64,000 bases of DNA from Basidiobolus meristosporus CBS 931.73 (taxonomy: Eukaryota > Fungi > Basidiobolomycota): assembly GCA_002104905.1 (NCBI GenBank), contig MCFE01000127.1, forward strand, positions 1-64,000. The letters run 5' to 3'. The translations under genes and the position numbers were made by a program. Below, piece after piece: positions 24,100 through 33,113 of this stretch (the stretch's first letter is position 1; every line of letters begins with the position of its first letter). Under the pieces are notes generated by a model. The model was not told where the DNA came from. It searched no databases and saw only the letters and a program-made list of their open reading frames with translations.

Positions 24100-25962
24100 G
24101 CTAAGCAGATATATTCCTCCTTTCTGCTGGATACTGGTTCCCCTAATTGGTGCTCTCTTGTTCTTGCTTGCATGAATTCCATATTGTAAGGTGTAGAGAC
24201 TAAATTTCACTCAGGAGAAACCCAGCATACTTTAGTAAAAAGCCTAGATGAGAATCAGCTATTAATTGTGTCTAACACAACCTTGCATGGCTTAACTGAT
24301 TGCCCATACACTGAGGCTGCTTATCTCATTATTACATTCATGTGTACATCTGTTCTCAGCAATCTCCAACCCTTCCTGGATGTCCTCCATGTGCTAACCC
24401 ATCATCCTTGACAACTCAAAGGATGTATTGTTTGTGAATGGGATATGGTAGTAACTGAGACTTGACTGGTCTTCCTATATCTCTGCGCATCTGCTCCATA
24501 GAAGACTCCCAAAAGGTAAAGCAAGGTCCACTATTTTCCTCATGTGGAGCAGGATGATATAGATTATATTGCAGCAGTAGTAGAGATATATATGCACAGC
24601 TTAATGGTTACAGTAAAACTGCTCAAATCCCATTACCAACTCTGAGGTTATTACACCCAGTGAACACCCCACAGAAAAAACACTTGAGAAGTGTTGGATG
24701 TATCTCTCCTTTGGACTTGTACATTACCACAGCATGCATCATGGCTGAGAGGCTTACTGCATTAGCCACATGGTCTTTTTTCTCTTCTCTTACGGCATTG
24801 AGTCAAAGTAGTCTTGTGCATAGGTAAACCAGTTTGACCTTCAACAACATAATGTTTGTATATCATTTTGTAGTCAATACTCATGTGAATTAAAGACAGC
24901 TTGTATTTGAGACATTGCACCTGCATGAATGTAAGATTCAATGATGACCTGCCATTTTAAGTATTATAAATAAAGCAGTGGCACCACATCCATACGTATA
25001 TGTAACACTATTTCCCCTTTGGTCTGGCTCACTTCCATATATATGCCACCAAAAAATAAAGCAAAGTTGTCTGGTTCCCAACCAAACCCCACTGCTGATG
25101 GCAACAGAAGAACAGTTGGACAACAGCTTGTTTTGACATTCAGTGCAACAAGTGGGGCAATATCCAAAAAAGGCCCTGTGGACAGTGTGCCCATTGAAGG
25201 TAACAATGCGGACTCCTCAGGCTCTTGGTCAAGTAGGCAATTGAGAACTTCTACGGAGCCATAAGCTGACCATTATGCTCAGGCAGATGAGAATGTAACA
25301 AATGCAGTGTCCTCAGTTGAAGACCAGCAAGTGGGCATGATAACATCACCAACACCCATAGTAGCAAGTATGTTGTCAGCTTATACCAAAGCATTAATGA
25401 AGCAATTGGGTGCAGTGGCTGCTAGTATAGATGCAATGGCCCAGAGAAATCAGGAAATAGTCCAGAAACAGGATGAGTGGATAACATATTTAGAGCAATC
25501 AATATCCCAGGTAGAGAAAGCTGTATCTTTGCTGCTAAGAAGGAACTGAAGTAGCTCAATGTCCCAGCCAAGAATTGAGGCAATTCCCAATGTAACAGCA
25601 GAGGAACACTGTACAGTCTTTGAAGCACAACAACAGTGCCCAAAAATAAAGCCCACAGAAAAACCTATCACAGTGTGGGAGGGAGACAATGTGGTGTTCA
25701 TACCAAAGCCTAAGAACCAAAAGCCATTGAGGATCCATGAAGCCATTGGGTGCAATAATGAAGAGTGGGCTAGTATACAAGAGGCTGTCAGAAGTCTAGC
25801 ACACCATTGCCTTAGGGCTGGCATACCATGGGACCATCAGGAACTCAAGGCCAAGCAGGGTGCACTTGACTTGTTCCATGAGCATTATCCTGGATTCAAA
25901 CAGGCAAACAGATTTTGGTCCAGCAGTGGTATGCTAAGAAAGTATCTTAAGAATAGCAGACA
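24100..25962. mobile_element. Partial CACTA-like copy: transposase fragments (-) and ORF-X 5' half (+, ATG 25043)
   Basis: Same divergent junction as 9870-9995 and 17275-17398. ORF-X stays in one frame from MPPKNKAKLSG to MLRKYLKNSRH with two in-frame stops, then abuts copia gag. Confidence 0.8.
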
Positions 25963-27054
25963 CTGGTCTGATGTGTGTCCTTTCCTTTTGCAGTAGTTGC
26001 AAAATAGGTTGCTGTTGCCTTTGTAGGGTCTTGGGTACCTCCTTTGTTGGTTATCATTGCTTATTAAAGCATTTTCTTCTTCCTTCTTATTGGCACTTGA
26101 TTTTCTTAATTCTTCATCCAGGAGCCTTCCATATACGTAATTTAAGGTCAAATCTTCAGTTCTGGACTCTAGGGCTGATACAAGGCCCTGAAACTTGTCT
26201 GTCAGGCTATTCAGGATGGTAACTATCACATCCTCATCAGTAGTTGGTATGCCCACAGATTCCATCTCATCTACCAGCAGGGTAATTCTGTTAATTAGAT
26301 TTTTCATTTCTTCTCCTGGCAGCATCTTTGTAGTAAAGAATTTTTGTCACAGATACATTTTCTTAGCAACTGAACATGACTGGTAGGTGTCTTCCAATGC
26401 TTTCCAGGCATTCTTTGCCGTTTTTGCTCTTGAGCATTGAATTAGCAATTTGTCCTTGACATTAAGGCAAATGCAGTTAAAGGCACTTTGTTCTTTCTTC
26501 TGGTACTTTAAGGCTTCCTCTCCCATGTTTTTAGGAGGGCATTCTTCTCCCATGACAATATCCCAAAGGCCTCTTTCTTGTAGCAGCATCTTCATCTTCA
26601 CCTCCACACTTGCTAGTTAGAGCCATCCAACTTTTCAGCAGAGGGAAAAATTCCAGTAATAGCAGTAGTAGACATTGCAGAGAGTGACAGCTTGGGGCTC
26701 ATAACCTGTTGTAAGAGTCTTGGAGATATTGGAAGTGATTGGGAGAACAAGTAGATTATGTGGTTCTCACTTAATAATTTATTGAATGTTAAAGTAGTAT
26801 TTGTACTTTTAAATGATTTTGGCATAGCAAACATGTAGAATAGGTAAGAAAGGTCCCAAGAACATGTGTGCAAAGTTTGGGGCTGTTTGGACAACTTTGA
26901 GAATTTTCATGTTCTGGGTACCTGGTATTTTGGTGAAAGTATTCTAAGTAAATCCCAACAAGGAATTTGGTCAGTATTCTCTAGGATCTGAAGGTAATGA
27001 TCTAAGTGACTAAGTTAGGTGAATATATAGGTGGAAATATGAATTTTTACAACA
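25962..27054 (-). mobile_element. Ty1/copia 5' LTR, PBS and gag (truncated after the zinc knuckle)
   Basis: LTR 26707-27054 with perfect TGTTGTAA...TTACAACA ends. PBS GGTTATGAGCCC directly follows on -. gag: KLDGSN, MKMLLQERGLWDIV, AKNAWKALEDTY, DEDVIVTILNSL, and CNYCKRKGHTSDQC (CCHC). Confidence 0.9.
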
Positions 27055-27129
27055 GTAATAAGCTACATATTACTTCCACAAAGATTTACAACTAAAAGTT
27101 TGAAGGAAAAGCACCAGCTGAATGTCAGC

Positions 27130-27310
27130 AAACTACCATGAGTATATCTGCAGATTTTCAGATGAGCTCCAAGTATGAGTTTTTACATAGGGGTTTGCAC
27201 TCCCACAGATTCCTTCTCATCAACCAACAGGGTAATGCTGTTGATTTCATCTCATCACTGGGGAACATCCATGTGGTAAGGAATTCTCATCTTAAATAGA
27301 TCTGCTTACA
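27130..27310 (-). mobile_element. Second copia gag fragment (last TE remnant before the genic region)
   Basis: Homologous at DNA level to 26240-26370 (ATTACCCTG.TGGT.GATGAGA.GGAATCTGTGGG). Confidence 0.65.
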
Positions 27311-27553
27311 GCAGCAAAAATAATCGGTTGTTATATTTATTCAAAAATGCGCAGAGAAGCATAAGAGAAAAGAACGGTTCCTATGCTTCCTAAGGGATAC
27401 AGGGCCTGAGGGCGATAGAAGGATTCAAATTAACAAGCAGTTGGTAATTTGGTGATCTACAAACCAAGAAAAATCCATACGTGTATAGTGCAATATTATT
27501 GGGTGAAGGCATTTAAATAATTTCTACGTTCTGGAGGCTGCTTATTCAACTAA

Positions 27554-28513
27554 ATGGCAACACAGTATCTACGAAAGTTCGGAACTACCGCCTCCAAGAC
27601 ATTGTTTCGTGTGGCTATCGATGGTCCGGCTGCTAGCGGAAAGAGTAAGCACTGTTCAAGGTTAACGATCGAAATCCGTCAGCCCTCTAACAGAGGCTTC
27701 GTTATAGGCTCCACCGCCAAAATGGTTGCGCAGAAGCTTGGCTTCAACTACATTGATTCCGGTAAACTCAAGCTCTTTACAAAGAAGCAGCTCTGATATG
27801 TGTAACTGACCTTGTCATTTTTGCCTATATAGGAGCAATGTATCGCTCGGTAAATAGGAATTTCTACTTGACTCTTAACACATGTTGCTAACCAAACTCT
27901 TTAGATCACGCTGAAGGCTCTCAGAGCGCAACTTGATCCTTCCTTGCCCCAAAATGATGCTAAAATTGCTGATCTGGCCAAATCGACCTCTTTACAGCTT
28001 GTAACTACACCCAACGCGTCGCCCTCCGCTCTGCCAAATACTCAGATATTCATGGATAGTGAGGATATCAGCGACCTGATTCGAACCTCGGAAATCACTC
28101 GCAACATTGGTGGGGTTGCTAAGAACCCTGGGGTACGTGCAGCTTTGCTCTTGAAGCAAAGAGCCATGGGCCAGGGGGAAAACCAGCGTGACCACGACAC
28201 CAAGGGTATCGTGATGGACGGGCGAGATGTCACCACTGTCGTGTTCCCTGATGCCGAGCTCAAGATTTACTTGCAGGCAGATGCCAAGGTAAGGGCAGAG
28301 CGACGCTACAAGGAGATGCAAGCCAAGAACCTCGAAGGCTCCTACGAAACAATACTGAAGGAGCTACTGGAAAGAGATCACGCAGACATGACTAGAAAGA
28401 TCTCCCCTTTGAAGAAGGCGGATGATGCCATAGTTGTAGACACCTCCGATATGACCTTCAACGAGCAGGTCGAACGGATTGTTACTTTGGCAAATGAACG
28501 ACTCAAAGCCTGA
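27554..28513 (+). CDS. cmk: Cytidylate kinase, bacterial (Cmk)-type, with 3 spliceosomal introns
   Basis: Spliced product [41 protein letters not shown]...GIVMDGRDVTTVVFPDAELKIYLQADAKVRAERR...ERDHADMTRKISPL...VDTSDMT. Three GT-AG introns at ~27645-27708, ~27762-27832 and ~27849-27904 restore the frame. Confidence 0.92.
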
Positions 28514-28629
28514 AAATTCGGCTTGATTGGCGTCGCTGATACAATAAAGCCATTTAAGAAGTAGCATATCTATTGTGTTCACTTGGTCTGGATACCTGTA
28601 CAGATGAAGTGTTGTATACATGTGGAGCT

Positions 28630-29580
28630 GGATTTTGGTAATCTATGGCATGGCTGGAGTTTCCATAGCTAGGAACCGACGCAACACCGGTGATTTCTTT
28701 GGTACGAGCCACCTCTCTATAAAAGTGTCAACATTTGGCAACGACAACTGTGCCAGGCTCTCTGTTGGCGTTCATGGATTTCTCTACTGTAACCACTACC
28801 CCTTGACCAAGCGGGAAATCAGCCTCAATGCGTATCTGGTCGTTGCAGATGGGACATGGATTCTCTGCAGTACTCTGAACCACGGATTCCTTCACCTTGT
28901 CGACAACAAAGTACCCATCGTGCTGACGTCATGCAATATACACCGCTTGCGGTCCGTCATGGGGATGGGATGTCCGAGCAATAGGAGCGAGTCTTGAAGT
29001 AGCGCTCCCCTTTCGCTACAGCCAACAAAGCTGTAGGTGACGAGGATTTTATGTATATCCACCACTTTAGAAACCGCCCTTAATCTCAGTCATCACAGGG
29101 ATCCTTGGTGTACACACAATCAATGTTCGTCAACGGGAAGAGATCGATAGCTTGGGCTATACCAGCGGCAATTATACTCAAAGTGCTATTGTCACCGAAG
29201 TCAACTCCGTGCACACTAATGGTATCAACTTTGTTCAAGAGAGGAATGCCAGAATCAGAGAGCCCTCCCATGGCGTTTCTAGCACTTATATATCGACAAG
29301 ATCATAAACAAGACCAGGACAGCAGGAGTTGACGCACTGCTTGAAAAAAGATTTGTACAAGCTCATAAGCTGGCCATTTCCAGCAGCCACCAAGGCCTGT
29401 TTCTTCGCCAGCATTTCGGGCTTTGAGGCTATGTCGGGACAACACGATGTTCCAGAATTTCCACATCACAATTGTTTCGACGACATGGGAAACTTTGCCA
29501 GGTGCGGGAAATGGGTGATCTCGTCGCATATCGATGAGGTTCCGGGCGATCGTCAGCTTTCGGCTGGGAGATAGATGTGA
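28630..29580 (-). pseudogene. PRO1: Glutamate 5-kinase (PRO1/ProB with PUA domain) pseudogene
   Basis: Fragments in shifting frames: KLTI/GTSSICDEITHFPHLA, KPEMLAKKQALVAAGNGQLMSLY, GIPLLNKVDTISVHGVDFGDNSTLS..AAG..LTNIDCVYTKDP, DRKRCILH, PUA-like RIEADFPLGQGVVV. Stops, frameshifts and deletions. Confidence 0.75.
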
Positions 29581-30055
29581 ACCACGCTGCAACAAGGAGT
29601 CTACGCATGGTGCAGGACTTTGCATGATCAGTTGCTGACCCTGCATGCCTTATACGTAGGCATGCTCCTTGATCGGTTGCCAATCAGTGTCAGGAACAGA
29701 TGGGCAAGCTTATTTTGATGTCAAGATGATCTGTGCTCCGCTTTTGTGTCTATTTAGGGAGCATTCACTTTGTTTAGTAGATTAGTATGCATGTACAAAC
29801 GATCTAGAGCGATGGGCTCTGGCTGTTTGTTATAATCGAATCTGAACCAATTCAAAAATGATGTTATTGGTCATCAGACTACCATGATGATCTGTGATCT
29901 GACTACGAAATCAAACCATCCAATTGGCGGCGCTCATAGATCACGCCGTCCAATTATATGAGCTGCCTGCAATAATCCAACTAGGGTTTAGATGGTCAAG
30001 GGTCAAGAAGTCCAATTTATGTGATACTCGATCGCTAATCGATTCTATCGCCATC

Positions 30056-31510
30056 ATGTATTCTCAAAATTCTGGAAGTCAACCACCAAACAGTCCACCT
30101 ATTGGCTTTTCACCTCAGCCTAATTCTGGGTATCCACCTCAACATAACACTGGGTACCCTCCCCAGCAAAACTCCGGTTATCCCCCTCATAATGCTGGCT
30201 ATCCTCCACAACAAAACACTGGCTATCCCCCTCACCAGAGTACTGGCTATCCCCCTCAGCAAAACACTGGCTATCCCGCACCATCAAGCCCCGGCTATCC
30301 TCCTCAACACAACGCGGGCTATCCTCCTCAGCATAACACTGGCTATCCTCCACAACAGAGTACTGGCTATCCTCCACAACAGAGTACTGGCTATCCCCCA
30401 CAACAAAACACTGGCTATCCCCCACAACAAAACACTGGCTATCCCCCACAACAGAATACTGGCTATCCCCCTCAGCAAAACACTGGCTATCCCGCACCAT
30501 CAAGCCCCGGCTATCCTCCTCAGCATAACACTGGCTATCCTCCTCAGCAGAATGCAGGCTATCCCCCACAACATAGTCCCGGCTATCCACCCCAGCATAG
30601 TTCTGCCTATCCACCCAGTCCAGGAGCCGGCTTCTCTAGTCCAAACAGCGGTTACCCGCCACATTCCGGTGGGCCTATGTCACCGATAACTAGTTCTGGA
30701 AGCTTCTCCTATAACGCCGCTCCTCACCCAAGTCAACATGCTTCAGATGGTCATCCCACTGGGCTGCCACCACCACCACCTGCTCCACCAGGAACCCGCC
30801 CTGACTTTCCGTTTAAATGGGTTTACGCGAATAAAGGGTATAGATATCACACATCCGACTCCCACAAAAACCCGCACTAACTTTCTCTTGGCAGCTTGAT
30901 TCCGGAAGGGGCCATTCCCCTGGGAAAAGAATCGGACGGTGCCCCCTCGTACGCAGCCAGGTATTTCCCTTAAGACAGTGATTTTCCCTGAACATCAAGG
31001 TAAACTTCAGCATCTTAGAGCGTACCACCATAAAAGTGTTCAGATAGGTAGGGTCACCCCTGCCCTTCAAGGAGCCCGAATCGGATTTGGAGGTAAAGAT
31101 AACTCGCTATTCCTGTTCCTTATACCGGACGTTGGATGAACCATCTTGCTCCTTTTAGGGGACTTCACTCTGATTAAAGACTACTATGTTCTCTGCGGGG
31201 ACCCAAAGTTGACCAAATGGGTCGATCACAGTGGAACGTTGAATCTGAGCCAAACGTCGTTCAAGCCAATTGAATGTGGACTTGACATCAAAGGAGATCC
31301 GGTATGTACCCCTTGAAATACGCAAGTAATCCTACCCCGATTGACCTCTACAAACCCGTTATGTAGTTATACCTTGCCGCGATCGACTACAAGAACGGTC
31401 GTTTCTTGGGTAAGGTTGGTACCCACACCCCTGGCATGCTCTACACGCGCAACGGAAAGGAGCGTGCAGTTCCGCTGAATGAGGGTTACAAGATCTTGGC
31501 CTTCTCCTAG
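30056..31510 (+). CDS. GYPPQQNT-repeat protein with C-terminal DM9 (DUF3421-like) domains
   Basis: Exon 1 is Pro/Gln/Tyr-rich. Four introns join WVYANKGLIPEGAIPLGKESDGAPSYAARAYHHKSVQIGRV...FGG...YYVLCG...KWV...PIECG.D.KGDPLYLA....GKVG...GML, the tandem DM9 pattern. Stop at 31508-31510. Confidence 0.8.
30128..30604 (+). repeat. Coding tandem repeat: 20 units, mostly 24 bp, encoding GYP(P/A)xxxx
   Basis: GGCTATCCnCCnCArCArAAyACT units. The variant block GYPPQQNT-GYPAPSSP-GYPPQHN occurs twice with near-identical DNA. Confidence 0.95.
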
Positions 31511-31631
31511 TTCCTACGGAATCTAGCGTTCCTGGTTGTTCGAGTAAAGGGAGTGGACGGGACTACAACATTAAATAAACCAGACCATGAATGCGTATTT
31601 GCGTCGAGGGTTTTGCCATATTTTATTGATT

Positions 31632-32495
31632 CTAGAGCCACCAGAAACTGATGGAGATACTGGTGTCCAAGGACTCTACGTAATGCCAGTAGCCCTTGGG
31701 GATGTACAACAAATCTCCCGGGGTCAGTATACACTCCTCGTATTTGGCCGATTGGAACTTGGGGTATTTGAGGGGATCCACATTGTCTAGGTGGGTGATT
31801 CGGCTGGTGTTCTTCTGAAATGGGTTGTTGTATGGATAGAGTTTGTCTTGCTCTGAGACTGGGTAGATTCGCAGATACTTACGGCCCACGACCTGGGCAA
31901 ATAGATTGCAGTATGGGTCTCGGTGTATGGGCGAGATGGTCCCTTTAGGGCCGAACCATCCATTGGTGGGATAGATGTCGTTACGGCCGGCTCGGCTGTA
32001 TTCAGGGGGCTGAAAGTCTTGTTGAAGGCTGGGAATCTGCCATCGAGTAGGGTTAATGAGCTTGGAAAGTGGTGGTCACAATTCAAGTAAACTCCAACAC
32101 TACTGCACCTTTTCGAAAAGCTGGCACTGTGCCAGATACCCGATGCGACCGGCCGGCCCCTCATGCTTGTTCTCTATATATGTCTCGATGAACTCTTTTA
32201 ACCGCATGTGCCGTTGCTCGAAGTTTGCATCTGTGTAGATTCCGGTCTCTATTGGGACGACAACATCTCCATGCTTACTCTTCCAGAATTCCAGGTCTGT
32301 CCATTTCTCCCTTGCTGGCCAGTGGTCAGTGGCCCCCTCAAGTATCACCGGGCCGTTTGGGAGGATCAATTTTTTGAAGTCAGCCAACGAGGGGGCTTCT
32401 ATACGTTTGATAGCCGAGGCGGGGGAGATGCTTGGTCCTGAGAGGCTCGTGTAGGCACGAACTCTGGGTAACGCTGATATGACCCGACGACTCAT
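31632..32495 (-). CDS. JmjC-domain (JMJD5/KDM8-like, cupin_8) 2-oxoglutarate/Fe oxygenase, one intron
   Basis: PVILEGATDHWPA..KW, GYLAQCQLF, NGWFGPKGTISPIHRDPYCNLFAQVVGRKY, LTPGDLLYIPKGYWHYVESL..SISISFWW. The HxD...H triad is intact. Confidence 0.9.
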
Positions 32496-33113
32496 TCAGG
32501 ATAAAAGTTTTCAAGGCTTCATATCGGGTTCTCGAATAAATACTCCCTCTCTGTGCCTATTTCGAATTAACCATCCCCATCCAGCTGTTGTGGCTGATTG
32601 AATCTCGACAGTTCAGCCATGTGACTCTCCAGTGTGTCTACACCGCGCTCCAAAAACCCACCAGCATTGGGTGGGTTGCTGACATGATCTGTCACATCAT
32701 TCCCTTCATGAGTGGAGCTGTTCAACAAACCTGGCATTTACTGGGAATTCAACCCGGATTCTTGTGCGAATTTCCGGTATTTTCATATCATCGTAACATC
32801 AATCACCTGTGATCAGGAGACTCAGAAATAAGATACACTTGAACCAACAAAAGTTACTCCACACCACTGTGATAATCTGCCTCTCACCCTATTTACACCG
32901 GTTCCACCTAAAGCGTAAAGGGTTGTTTGGGTACTTCATAAACTAATCTCCTTTCCTCCTTTTCCCCTGGTAGAAGCATCGGGGTTAACGAGGCCAGTTC
33001 TTTTCCTCACAAGTGTTAGTAACAAAAGAGGTGCAGAAAGCCTATCCAGCACTTCAGCACAAAGGCGAACCAAGCAAATTTCCTTAAATTACCAGAGTAG
33101 ACGGTCACCAAAC

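Noticed and set aside
4494-25824. Many 60-160 aa ORFs in the TE region, especially hydrophobic antisense ORFs such as 4494-4940, 10110-10595 and 25422-25643
   Set aside because: They are antisense or alternate-frame shadows of decayed ORF-X and transposase copies, not independent genes.
29924-30055. Longer N-terminus for the repeat protein suggested by the ORF track
   Set aside because: It begins at a non-ATG codon; the ATG at 30056 starts the low-complexity sequence and is the more plausible start.
30128-30604. CRISPR-like array
   Set aside because: No unique spacers; it is an in-frame coding repeat in a eukaryotic gene.
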